NCBI GenBank assembly: GCA_951406725.2
Contig: OX597836.1
Location: 26,350,001 to 26,414,000 of the forward strand
Direction: 5' to 3'
Source: Octopus vulgaris
Lineage: Eukaryota
Length of the DNA: 64,000 bases
The notes under the pieces were generated by a model. The model saw only the letters and a program-made list of their open reading frames with translations, had not been told where the DNA came from and did no database searches. The stretch's first letter is position 1. Every line of letters begins with the position of its first letter. Below, one piece after another: positions 1-36,420 of this stretch. A program made the translations under genes and the position numbers.

Positions 1-158
1 TTCAAATTGGATCAGGCCTCGACCTCCTTGGGCTCTGGGAAGGTAAAGGCGATCTACGTCTGCCTTTGGGTGGTGCATCCTATTACAACTCAGCAGCTTG
101 CGTATTTTTCTATCTATATTCTTTACTTCACTCATATTCCAGTTCAACACATTGTAGC

Positions 159-218
<60 letters not shown>

Positions 219-219
219 C

Positions 220-310
<91 letters not shown>

Positions 311-973
311 GTTCAAATTCCGCCGAGGTTAACTTTGTCTTTCATTCTTTCGAGGTCGACAAGTTAAGTGCCAGTTGCGTACTGGGGTCGATCAAATCAA
401 CCAAAAATTTGGGCCTGGTGCCTAGAATAGAAAAGAAATGCCTGATTGGATGTTGATACTGCATCAGGGCATTCATCATTATCATTATCATTATTATTAT
501 TAAGTAGTTTTATTTTTATAGCGCGCTTTCACTTCACTACCGAGCGCTGCCCTGTGTGTCTTGGGTATGTGCTGTGGTTTGCTGTGATGCTCTTATGGTT
601 ACTGTATTGAAAGTGTTTTGCATAGGATGTGTGCAGAGCTTCGTAGGGCAATTTCCTGTATGATATATATATAAGTACTGGGGTTTTTCTTATGTATTTG
701 TCTGAATATTTTGCATCGTTTATATTTTATCTTATTTAATTTTTATTTGTAATCGACTCAATCCATGTGTCTGTCAGTGTTTGTCCCCTCTGTTTTTAGC
801 CCCTTGTGGATAGTAAATAAACAGGTATTTCGTCTATTTTCACCTTTTCAATTCAAATTTTGCCGGGGTTCATGTTGCTTTCATCCATTCAACGTCATCA
901 AAGTAACTACCAATTGAATTCTCGTGTCGATGTAATTGTTGTATTTGCTGTTTTTGTTCTTTCTGTCGTCGTT

Positions 974-1011
<38 letters not shown>

Positions 1012-1107
1012 TGTTGTTGTTGTTGTTGTTGTTGTTTTTGTTGTTGTTGTTGTTGTTGTTGTTGTTATCAATATTATTGTTATTGCTGTTGTTCCTGTCG
1101 ATTTCAG

Positions 1108-24052
<22,945 letters not shown>

Positions 24053-24409
24053 GTATGTAGTAGAAACGATTCAGTTTTGCAGCAACCTCTTTCTTGTTTA
24101 GACACGTATCTATATGTGTATATTTACATAGTGGACTGGTTTCGCATATGCTAATCAAGACTAGGTAGTTAGTGATAATGTTATAGCTATATCATTATCA
24201 TTAACAACATAGTCATGATTAGCATTGGTGAGTTCAGTTGACTATGGAAATTTTTTTTTCATAAATCTTTTTTACGTAAACTTTCTGTACATTTTCTTTC
24301 TTTTTATATTTTTACTACAATTCACCTAGTGAACTGTTGTTCTCTGGAACATTTTCAATATATATGTAAGGCGGGATTCCAGTATGGCCGTAGTCAAATT
24401 ACTGAAACA

Positions 24410-24453
<44 letters not shown>

Positions 24454-25099
24454 CATACATACATACATACATACATACATACATACATACATACATACAT
24501 ACATACATACATACATACATACATACATACATACAGAGTATAAATAGACACCCAGAAAACATTGTTTTATGTTTATTTTAACTTGAAAAGGTATATATTT
24601 TTTATTAATTGACTTTTTTATGGTTCAGTGTCTATATGTAATTGTTTAATCATGCCACGCACAAAAGAAGCCTTACAACTATCCGAATTTCAAAGAGGCC
24701 ATATTGTCACGTAATCGGAAGGTGGACTCCGCCAGCGTAAAATATCGCAGAAAATCTTGGGATCCGCTTTCTACAGTTAGTAGAGTGATTGCGCAATTCA
24801 TCAGAGAAGAGAAGGAGTCCACATCACCTCGCCCAGGTCGACCAGGGCCCTCTGACAGGATCCTTAGCTTTTTGTTAAGAGAAGTATGTAGGATAATACT
24901 CGTTGCAAGGCCTCTGAAATAGCAGAACAAGCTGATGTCAGTCTCAGAACAGCCGACGGGTATCTCCTCAAACTTGGCTACTATGGCGGAGCAGCAAGGA
25001 GGAAGTCACTTCTTAGACAAGCCAATATCAAGCGGAGAAGACATTAGGCCAGTGAGATGGTGGAGAGGCTGCTAGCATTTTGGGACACTGTCCAAATTT

Positions 25100-25480
25100 G
25101 CTGTATTTTCCTACAGTGATCGAATGTGGGTGTGGAGACTCTGTGGTCAAGAATTTGATGTGAAAAGATTACAACTAACAATGAAAAACGGTGGTTATTC
25201 TGTGATGGTCTGGGGTGCAATTTGAAGTAATGGTTGATCAGAGCTGGTGGAGTATGAGGGAAACACAAACTCATATGAATATGTGTCCACATTGTAGAAG
25301 GGATTCCTTCCAGTCTTCTCCAGTGGTGAAATGATTAAAGAAGACTTTATCTATGGAACATAGGGCTCCTTGTCACGCGGCTGAAAAGACCCAAGATTTG
25401 TTGGAAGAGGATGGCACTGAGAAGCTTCATGGCCAAACTAGTCACCCGATATGAACCTTATTGGATACCTCTGAGTTAAT
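25100..25480 (+). mobile_element. Degenerate Tc1/mariner transposase remnant
   Basis: Traces of VMVWGAI, APCH and SPDMN motifs with stops and frameshifts. Confidence 0.55.
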
Positions 25481-26021
25481 CCTTACACTACTCCCTATTG
25501 CTGACCTTCCTGATTCCGATCTGCTATTTCCTGTAACCCCATACTAGGTGTAGTTCAGTATATAACCCCATCCTACATTAAATTTATTAAATTTTAAATT
25601 TTAAATTCCTTATTGATAGGTAGCACTCTAACTTTATTTCCATAAAGTTTGATCTTATTATTTGATGGGTTTCGTACTCTCCTCCCCTGCTTTCAACCAA
25701 TATCCACCGAATACCCCTAAATTCCTCTATCCCCACTCACCAGATTATTTACCATTAGCAAGAGAGTCCTATATCCCGGACCTATACCTGGTCGGCTCGT
25801 ATGCTTTTAGTTTTTATTTTATTTTTATTTTTCCTACGACGAACATGGTCGCTCCTTCTCCCATTTCATAGTTGGCCTCGAAAGACTCTAGCAACATCCT
25901 GGCTGTATTCTTGAATATTCTTTTGTATAAAATTACAAAATATGGTTACGGGCTTTTATAATGACATAAATTTCTCATTCTTCTATTAAAAAGATACGTA
26001 AGAAACAGCTGTCATCATTCA

Positions 26022-26800
26022 TCATTGTTCGACCGTGGTCGAGACAATGGAATTTACCATGCTACGCCAGACTTCACGGTCCATCATGGCATTACGGAGG
26101 TCCTGTTGCTGGATGCCTGTATCCCTGGAGATTACATCAGGGTAGGAGAGTGTGCGCCCTCTGGCATTGCGAGTAGATGGCTTCCAGAGGAGAAGAGTAG
26201 AAATTACTTCTTTTTCAGCTCTACGACAATGTCCAGCAAACTGGACTCTCCTACCTTTCACAAGAGATGATACAGGTGGTAGTTTCCCATATATTTGCAT
26301 TTTGGTTGGATGGCGCTTCCACGAGAGATTTTGAGCTCTCATAAGGAGGCGAGTGTAGGTTCCATCCAACCGCCTCTCAAGCTTCTTTGATAACGTCCAG
26401 GTTTCTGAGCCATATAGTAGAATTGGTTCGACTGTGGCTTTGAAGATTTCAAGTTTGAAGTCTCTACTTAGATTTGATGACCAGATCTTATGCATATCAT
26501 TACAGGCTGACCAGGCCATACCCTTTCTAGTTAGAAAGTCTTTTCCATATGATGATATGTATGACCCAAGATATTTATAATCAGAAACCATATTTAAGGG
26601 CGCATTGTTGAGAGTATGGATGATGCAATCACTGTTGGACAGGCACTTGTTTATGTATTCAGTTTTGGCCTCATTGAGGTAAAGACCTACACAATTTGAG
26701 GCTTGTTCAAGAGATTGTAAAAGAGACTGGACATTGGAGAGAGAATCACTGATAAGAGCGATGTCGTCAGCAAAGTCAGTGTCTGTCAAGTAATGAGCTG
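26022..26800 (-). mobile_element. 5'-truncated RTE-like LINE, C-terminal RT ORF
   Basis: 260-aa open frame with DFADDIAL, YKYLGS and ILLYGSETW. Confidence 0.8.
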
Positions 26801-27091
26801 ACAATTATCTATCGTTTGTTATTATTCATTTGATTATAATGTACCAAAGGAATTTGCTCGTTGGACACCCTAGGGTATGCCAACAACGAACTACTCAAAG
26901 AAACGCGTATTTTAAACCAGCCTTTTAGGGGCTAAATACTAATAGGGTTGATTTTCTCTGTGTACACAACCGAAATACCCAATCTGATATTTCGACTCTC
27001 ACCAACCCTAGGCCGGAACCTAGACATTACCCAACCCTACCTGGTGCATACCTCTTCAAATACTTGATTCTATCAGAATCCTCACCTTATT

Positions 27092-27142
<51 letters not shown>

Positions 27143-27151
<9 letters not shown>

Positions 27152-27528
27152 AAATATAAATTAGAGATAAAACCACTATTATGCAACTCAAACAGTGATA
27201 GACATAAACCAAAACATAAATAACAAATAATATATATTTTATAAAACATATAACTTATAAATAGATCTCAAAAAGTATAAAAATGAATGATCAATATATA
27301 ATATAATATAATATAATATAATATAATATAATATAATATAATATAATATAATATGAAATATAATATATTATATAATATATATTGATCATTCATTTTTATA
27401 CTTTTTGAGATCTAGTTATAAGTTATATGTTTTATAAAAATATATTTTTTTATTTTTGTTTTGGTTTATGTCTATCACTGTTTGAGTTGCATAATAGTGG
27501 TTTTATCACTAATTTATATTTTATATAT
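27143..27528. repeat. AT-rich long inverted repeat (about 155-bp arms)
   Basis: About 27143-27298 is the reverse complement of about 27375-27528, around an AT-rich simple-repeat spacer. The right arm is also present at about 22270-22495. Confidence 0.8.
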
Positions 27529-27608
27529 TTATACTATGAAATTTGATTTAATACTAAATTGAATTTTTCCCTGTAAGTTTGGAGTTATACTCCCTAATAT
27601 TATTATTT

Positions 27609-27645
<37 letters not shown>

Positions 27646-27745
27646 ATGAGAGTGTATGCGCATGCGTTCTTATATTTATGAATATTTAACAGTTTTCTTT
27701 GATAACTTTCTTTGATCATTTTTTTCTCTTTTGTTTGTTTTTCAG

Positions 27746-27875
27746 ATCCAAGAAATTCCAGAAATTCCAGAATAACTCGATACTTACCGTTCTTCGTTAG
27801 AATTCATTTAAACCAACATTTATATACCGAGATTTATTGCCGTAAAATCAATAAAAATAATAATTCTTTTATATA
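27746..27875 (+). other. Probable non-coding 3'UTR terminal exon of gene A
   Basis: Strong pyrimidine tract ending ttttcAG at 27745 and AATAAA at 27850-27855. It follows the donor after the stop-containing exon. End is approximate. Confidence 0.45.
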
Positions 27876-27881
27876 TATTTG

Positions 27882-27968
<87 letters not shown>

Positions 27969-29262
27969 TTTCATTAGTCGCAGAGCTTAAATAAATTCAG
28001 TTGTTCATTGAAATGAGTTCTTCGTTATTAAGCTTTGGATTTTGATTGTAGAATCACTGAAAAAGATGAAATATTTCGCAGTTCTGACTTACCCCCCTTT
28101 GCCTTTCAATCTGCTCTCGTAACAGAAATTAGCATCAATCAAGTACTAGGATTAATCGAATCAATTCTCTCCCTTCACTGGCAAAAAATACCCTAATCTA
28201 AGAGGTCAAATTCCGATGAGTCTTTTTCTGCTAGTCTGACCGCGTGAATTTCTTTAAAGTATTTTGGGGACTGGAGTATTTTCACATTTGATTCCCAATT
28301 CTAATAATTTTTATATTTTACATCTAATTATTTCTTTGTATAATAGTGCTCACTTGCTTAGTAAATATTACGTTCATTATTTTATCACATTTATAATCTT
28401 TTTCAAACAAACATCACGGTAGTCCAAAAACAGAGGGAGAAACAGTTTGTCAAGTTTTACCTTCCCCTCAAAGCATCATAGAGATTTCAGTTCAGCAACC
28501 CATCTGTATGTTTTGCAGCGTGCGTGTGTGAGAGAAAGAACATTGCAACAATGAACGAAATAAACATGAAATGAAAAAATCTTATGAATATAAGGGCATT
28601 ACTTCAGATGCATACGCCCTCGATTTTGTTGCCTCATAACATCCAGAAAAATATATACATTTTAACAAAACTTTCTACAAATACTGCTTAGAAGTTGTGT
28701 CTTCGGGGTATATAGAGATTTATGTGGAAGAATTTTTGCGGAGGGGATGGAGAGAGGAGTTTCGGAAAATTCACACGATCTGACTGTTTTCTCTCATAAC
28801 TTTCAGGAAGATGGATATCTTTTAATGAAAATTTATACAAATCCCTTTCAAACAGCATAGATTACAATTATATAGAAATTTGTGGGGGAAATTGTTTCGG
28901 GGATTTTCTCCAATATTTTAAGCCACACCCTTCGAAATGATGGGGTTGGGATGCATCTTTGAATGAAAATGTTTTGAAAACTCATGTTTTACACACACAC
29001 ACCCATATACACCCTCATCATCCCACTCCGGACCTATTTTGGCCAAATTTTTTTTTCTTTTGCACTTCAAAACCATGGGAAGAGCATTGTCGGTAAAATT
29101 GTTTTTTTTTTAATTGTTAATATTTTCAGTGGGAAAAGAGAGTGATTTAAGGGTGATTTGGCTGTTGTTGCTAGCACATCCAACGACAACCCCCCCTCGT
29201 TTCTTTATCACTCTCGCATGTATTGATGTTTTTCAATAATTTTCCCCCCATAAATACATTTA

Positions 29263-29655
29263 TCTCTCTATATATAAAGCTGAAGTTGCCTGTGTATGGC
29301 AGGTTTGGTAGCCTTCAACTAACACTATCTCCTCCGAGACCCTGCGGCGCAAGTTGACCAAAATTAAGAGTATGATAGAAGAAGGCTTGCTCTTCCTTCC
29401 GTAGAAGAAAAAATTCAAATCAGACCATATTAACACCAAAAATTATTTACATGAAAAAGGTGCTTTTTTTCCTATGAAAATCCCTATTTTTTACGATTTT
29501 TTGACAGCTGTGTCGTCATTTTTCGGTGTATTTCAACCAGAAAATTGTTCGCTTAAAGAGAATAACAAGCTACATAATGCAAAATTTTTACTCTTCAAAA
29601 ATTCCAATTCTAAAGGGTCGAAACAAACCCGAGCAACGCCGGGCAATACTGCTAG
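29263..29655 (+). mobile_element. Non-autonomous Helitron-like element
   Basis: a|TCtctctatatataaa start, GC-rich hairpin cccgagcaacgccggg, then CTAG|t end. Confidence 0.55.
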
Positions 29656-30528
29656 TAAGCTATAAAAAAGGAAATTTGAGAAATTATGAAATTTTTGCAA
29701 CCTCACTCCCTGCTCTTGATGGATGTTTCTGTTTAGAAATTAAAATATTGGAGGGCCTGCCTAAGAAGGTCATTGCTGACATTTATTCACAGTGATTATC
29801 CAACAAAATTAACAATGCCCGCATGTGCCATAGAAGGCCTATACCCAACAGAAGAACACAACCTGCGCTGCACAAACAGCACACAATACAAAAACGAATG
29901 CAACAGAAGACTCAAACTAAACTCCATAACAAAACACACTGATATTATACAATATCCCCCAACTCACCCCCAAGAAAAACAAGAAATGCAGTACACACCA
30001 CCCCATCAGGATCTGGAATCGGTATCAATGAAGGGGTATCCGATCCGATCCCGTCACATTCAATTTAGTTAGATATAACAGACGAAGTCAGGTTATCTGA
30101 GAAAGACAGCAAATTGTTGTTTATTATTCGTGATGGTGTACGTATTTCTGAAGGGAAAACGACAGCCGAATCTGTTGTACAGCTTCTTGTTGGTTGGTTG
30201 AAGTGATTCGATGTCGTCCGCGGCTAAGTCGGTGTAGTTATCAGAGACTACCAAATGCACGTCTGTTCACGAGGGCTGAAATGGCCAGAGAGAGTGATCG
30301 AGTTTACTGTTCCTTAGGGGGGGTCAATTTCCCGCACAGGCGCATGGGGAAGACTTCCGGTGGCCACCCGGAAGTAGTCCAATTCTGCGCATGCGCGCTG
30401 AACCTTACACAGTAGCATCCCTACAAGCACAAAGGTGCAACAAATGATGTAATAGGAAGTTGCTCGGAACTACCAGATGTAGAAAAATGCTCGTGGTGAT
30501 GACGTCGGTGACGAATGTTACCTTACCT

Positions 30529-30942
30529 AGGCGCAGGAGTGGCTGTGTGGTAAGTAGCTTGCTAACCAACCACATGGTTCCGGGTTCAGTCCCATTGCGT
30601 GGCATCTTGGGCAAGTGTCTTCTGCTATAGCCCCGGGCCGACCAATGCCTTGTGAGTGGATTTGGTAGACGGAAACTGAATGAAGCCCGTCGTATATATG
30701 TATATATATATAAGTGTGTGTGTATATGTTTGTGTGTGTGTGTTTGTCCCCCTAGCATTGCTTGACAACCGATGCTGGTGTGTTTACGTCCCCGTCACTT
30801 AGCGGTTCGGCAAAAGAGACCGATAGAATAAGTACTGGGCTTACAAAGAATAAGTCCCGGGATCGATTTGCTCGACTAAAGGCGGTGCTCCAGCATGGCC
30901 GCAGTCAAATGACTGAAACAAGTAAAAGAGTAAAAGAGAGAG
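30529..30942 (+). mobile_element. tRNA-derived SINE
   Basis: Same family as 17180. Confidence 0.75.
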
Positions 30943-30959
30943 ATAGAGTTACCTCAGCT

Positions 30960-31780
30960 TATGGGAGACAGGAGTTTCCGAAGAAACTGATTGTAAAAGC
31001 GAAAAGGAAGCTGGATCTTTAAGGGAAGACCTCTCGCTCGGCAGTGGTTCACTAAAGATGCAGACTGACCACAGCTGTTATCCTAATACAGCATCAGCAG
31101 ATAATAGAGTAAGAAGGGGGAAGTGGACCAGCGAAGAAAACAGGGTAGTGATACAGGACTACTTAGAATGAAGGGGCTGTTCGTCCTTCGACGAACAGCG
31201 AAAAGGAAGCTGGACCTTTAAGGGAAGGCCTCTCGCTCGGCAGTAGTTCACTAAAGATGCAGACTTACCACAGCTGTTATCCTAATACAGCATCAGCAGA
31301 TAATAGAGTAAGAAGTGGGGAAGTGGACCAGCGAAGAAAACAGGGGAGTGATGCAGTGCTACTTAGAATGAAAGGGCTGTAGAAAACGGATGTTAACACT
31401 TTGGGTAGAGAAGCGTATGTTTAAAGTGACTGAGCAGAGATTAGTAGATCAAGCTAATGCTATTAGGATAAGAAAGTGAATGATAGAATTGGAAGAAGAA
31501 GAGATCACAAGAGAACTAGAAAAGAACGACCAGGCAGTGGGAAACAAACAACAACATAAGAGATACTCTTTACTCTTTACTCTTTTACTTGTTTCAGTCA
31601 TTTGACAGTGGCCATGCTGGAGCACCGCCTTTAGTCGAGCAACTCGACCCCGGGACTTATTCTTTGTAAGCCCAGTACTTATTCTATCCGTCTCTTTTGC
31701 CGAATCGCTAAATGACGGGGACGTAAACACACCAGCATCGGTTGTCAAGCAATGCTTGGGGGACAAACACAGACACACAA

Positions 31781-31836
<56 letters not shown>

Positions 31837-33284
31837 CATATATACGACAGGCTTCTTTCAGTTTCCGTCTACCAAATCCACTCACAAGGCATTGGTCGGC
31901 CCGGGGCTATAGCAGAAGACACTTGCCCAAGATGCCACGCAGTGGGACTGAACCCGGAACCATGTGGTTGGTTAGCAAGCTACTTACCACACAGCCACTA
32001 TCTCAAACCAAATAAGAACCTAAAGAAAAAATAATAATAGCGCTACCAATAAGGAAGGGACAACTGGCAGCAGCGACTTAAGTGATTTAAGTGAGGAAGA
32101 TCAGAATATTTTAGACGAGTTGCAGGAATAATGAGTAAAAAAAGTAAGAAAAAGATTGTCAGCATTAAAAGGCACCACTAGAAGGAAGCTGCAAGGAATG
32201 ATTGGGAAAGTAGATTCTATTATCAGTAGGTTAGATACTAAAAATGTAGAAGACACTAACTTATTTATATATGCATGAAGTGTGGCAGTTACCAGAAGAT
32301 TAGATATCTCACAGGGAAAGATTAAAAAAGAGCAAATGTGGAAAAGGAGACTACAAAATAAAGTGAAGACTTTAAGACGAAATCTGAGCAGAATAGAAAC
32401 CTGGAAACTGAACAAGTTAGGAAACACAAGATGCAAACGTTCCCTCGTGAAAATATGTTTAGTCAAAGAGAAAGGATTTGGGGTAATAATAGAAGGGTTG
32501 AAACAGCGTATCGTAGCAGTTTCTTGGAAGCCCTCCAGATATCAGTAAAGAATAGATGACTATCAGCAGAATATATTATTCGAGACAGACCAGAGGAGAT
32601 TTTATAACCAAATAGATAGTGGAGAACGAAGTAATAAAGATGAGAAACCTAATGCAGAAGAAGCTAGAAAGTTCTGGAGTAAGATTTGGGATAAGCCAGT
32701 CATTTATGATGGAGATGAAGTATGGTTTAAGAAAATGAGGGAAGAAATAGTGAGTGAGAAGCAGCCAGATCTAAGGGTACACTAGTGCATTAATAAGTAA
32801 AATGTTAGGGAAAATGCCCAATTGGAAGCGCCCAGTGCCAGATTTAGTTCAAGGACACTGGCTAAAGAAATTTAGCAGTTTATATGAGAGTCTGAGCGAA
32901 CAACAAGATTGCCTTAATGGAAGAATGATACCTGATTAGAGGACTAGATGGGGGACAATACTCATTATGAAAGGTAAGAGCGGGGGTAATCCAGCTAGCA
33001 AGTATAGGCCGATCACTTGCTTACCATTAGTGTAGAAGCTGTTAACAGGAATGCTTTCAGGAAGCATTTGCGAGCACCTTGACACCCAGAATTTACTGCC
33101 AGACGAACAAAAAGGTTGCAGGAAGAAGGTTAGAGGAATGCATCGGCAAAGCAGTGCTAAATGAAGTAAAAGCTAAAAAAGAAAAATCTAACAATAGCAT
33201 GGATGGATTATAGGAAAGCTTATGACATGTTCCCACCTCATGGATAAGTGAATGTCTTAAAAGTAGCAGTAGTAGTAGTAGTAA

Positions 33285-33356
<72 letters not shown>

Positions 33357-33382
33357 CAGCAGCAGAGGCTGTGGTGGTGGTG

Positions 33383-33444
<62 letters not shown>

Positions 33445-33790
33445 TGTAGATAAAGAGATTTAGCAAGTGCCAAGTAATTGGCTTTACACTCTCAAGTGAA
33501 GAAAAAAAAAATCTATGTGGAAGGTATAGAAAAATAGCAAAAGTACCAGGAGCTGGCCATTGAATTACAGAGACTATGGGAAGTGCGGGTAAAATGTATC
33601 CCAGTAGTTATTGGTGCTTTAGGAATTATCCCTAAAGATTTGAACAGATGGATAGAGGAAATAGGCATGAAACCCAGTTTGGTACAGCTGCAGGAAAGAG
33701 TGTTATTAGGGGCAGCTAGGTTACTTAGGAGGGTTCTTGGCATCTAAGGTTACTTGTTGTAGCCCGATGTTAGCATTTTTACTTTTACCA
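30960..33790 (+). mobile_element. Degenerate R4/Dong-like LINE interrupted by a SINE and microsatellites
   Basis: Residual KWTSEEN, WKRRL, NWKRP, YRPITCLP, WMDYRKAYD and IPVVIGALG motifs; 200-bp direct duplication at 30996/31197. Confidence 0.65.
31565..31998 (-). mobile_element. tRNA-derived SINE, inverted relative to the 30529 copy
   Basis: Reverse complement of the 30529 copy. Confidence 0.75.
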
Positions 33791-33813
33791 ACAGTCTAAT
33801 CTGTTGTGTGTAT

Positions 33814-34132
<319 letters not shown>

Positions 34133-34489
34133 GAGCACTCAGAGAGCGCAGACTTCCGCCAAGGCCAACACCAACGTCCTCTCAACGATTACCCAGAGAT
34201 GATTTTTTTTTTAAATGAGAATATCTGAAATAAATTCGACTGCTCTCACAGACGAGAATACTAAAAATGAATCCGACTGCTCTCAAAAATTAAGTAAAAA
34301 AAAAAAACATACGGAAAAATAATCCATATTCCTTGTCCGTTTTAAATGAATAGCATGAGACCTTTTGGTGTTCTCTTCTCTTAAATTCCGACCTTCTTTT
34401 AGTATTCTTACTGTTTTAGATCGAAGTATAGATGTATGTATACATGTAAGTATTCTGCAAAGTGTTATCACGTATATATAATAAGGGAG

Positions 34490-34885
34490 ATAATATAATA
34501 TAATATAATATTATATAATATAATATAACATAAGGGACAAAAGCCATCTGAATATGGCTAGGGACAGGGCAGGGTGGTGGGGGTGTTACTGTTGCATTTA
34601 GCCCCAGGCGAACATCGACGTCGCTAGATAGGCTTGACACCGTCACGGTGTCCTTTAACCTGCAAAGGGAGGTAATTCCCCGATGTTCATCGGGGAATTA
34701 CCTCCCTTTGCAGGTTAAAGGACACCGTGACGGTGTCGGGCCTATCTGGTGACGTCGATGTTCGCCTGGGGCTAAATGCAACAGTAACACCCCCACCACC
34801 CTGCCCTGTCCCTAGCCATATTCAGATGGCTTTTGTCCCTTATGTTATATTATATTATATTATATTATATTATATTATATTATAT
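34490..34885. repeat. Near-perfect palindrome/foldback centred at 34686-34687
   Basis: 34531-34685 pairs with 34688-34842 with 4 mismatches; (ATAAT)n/(ATTAT)n tracts extend the arms. Confidence 0.92.
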
Positions 34886-34917
34886 TATATTATATTATAT
34901 CTGATAATATATCTGAT

Positions 34918-35307
34918 GTGGTGGAAGCACTCCGTCGGTTTCGACGACGAGGATTCCGGTTGATCCGATCAACGGAACAGCCTGCTCGTGAAATTAACGT
35001 GTAAGTGGCTGAGCACTCCACAGACACGTGTACCTTTAACGTAGTTCTCGGGGATATTCAGCGTGAAAACAGAGAGTGACAAGGCCGGCCCTTTGAAATA
35101 CAGGTACAACAGAAACAGGAAGTAAGAGTGAGAAAAAGTTGTGGTGAAAGAGTACAGAAGGGACTGCCACCACACCCTGCCGGAGCCTCGTGGAGCTTTA
35201 GGTGTTTTCGCTCAATAAACACTCACAACGCCCGGTCTGGGAATCGAAACCGCGATCCTACGACCGCGAGTCCGCTGCCCTAACCACTGGGCCATTGCGC
35301 CTCCACA
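34918..35307 (-). mobile_element. tRNA-derived SINE, second family (related copy 54097-54407 on +)
   Basis: tRNA-like head tggcccagtggttagggc...ggtttcgattccc; aatatatctgat on both flanks (TSD-like). Confidence 0.75.
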
Positions 35308-35329
35308 ATATATCTGATAATATATCAGA

Positions 35330-36384
35330 GAAAGACTTGAAAGACTTCATCTAAAGTAAAATAAATATAACAAAAAATAATCCAGAATGCTTGTTCAGTC
35401 CCGGACAAATCGAAATTAAACGGACGGAATAAGATTGAAGCTATCAACACCTGGGCGGTTTCACTCCTTAAGTATGGAGTAGGGGTAATCGCATGGACAA
35501 CTTAGACAGAAAGACAAGGAAGTTGCTGACTAGATATGGGATACTCCACCCAAAAACTATGTAGACATACTATGTACCAAGAAAAAGAGGGGGAAGAGGA
35601 CTTATTAGATGTGAACACAGCATTAGAGCAGAAGAAAATAACATAGCATGGTGTGTAAAAAAAATGCCACAGAACCGCTATTGTTGAAAGTAAGGTCAGG
35701 CTTGTGTAGGATGGCAGATTGCAAAGATAAAGCACTGTACAAGGACTTGAGAATGAAGGAAACTGAAAATAGGCGGATAAAGAAAAGAATGCATGGACAA
35801 TTTTATAGGGATGTTGAAGATAAGACAGACAGACAGAGAAAAAAAAACGGCTGTGGGTGACTAAAAGTGACTTAAAACTGGAAACGGAGACGCTAATCTG
35901 TGCGGCCGACTAAGAACGAATTACATCAAATACAGAATAGACAATACATCAGAAAGTGATAAGTGGAACCGTATGGCATATTACCAGTCAATGTACGCCA
36001 CTAGCCCAGAAGGAATATGAGACGTCATGACAACATAGTAAAGATTGCCCGCTGAACACTTTGCAACAAGTATTGACTTGACAGAGCAAAAAAGTGGTAC
36101 GAACATAGACCCGAAGGCATCATCGAAAATGATAATGCAAAGGTCCTATGGAATCTTATGATTCATGAGATGGAGAACAGGAGGCCAGACATAGTGTTAA
36201 CTGATAAAGAAAGCAAACTATGCTGGATCATAGATGTGATGCATGTGCCTAGCGTACCCTTATCAGATGGGTAGTCATGATGGGTATACTGGACTTCGTA
36301 TATTTTACCCCAGTGTCACTTTGATGGCATGCACTGCTCTCGCTCTCTCTCCCTCTCTCCCTCTCCCTCATCCATCTCTCTCTG

Positions 36385-36420
<36 letters not shown>

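Noticed and set aside
7-456. Poly-Ile/Tyr/His/Asn/Asp ORFs throughout the window
   Set aside because: Simple-repeat translation artefacts.
936-1107. Poly-Leu 'signal peptides' preceding each ShKT in the ORF track, suggesting about 19 separate single-exon toxin genes
   Set aside because: They are translated (GTT)/(ATT) intronic microsatellites, mostly with non-ATG starts. A conserved AG acceptor and GTAAGT donor bound each domain, and a genuine signal exon exists at 50766.
26022-26804. Host protein-coding gene
   Set aside because: Motifs are those of a 5'-truncated RTE-like reverse transcriptase.
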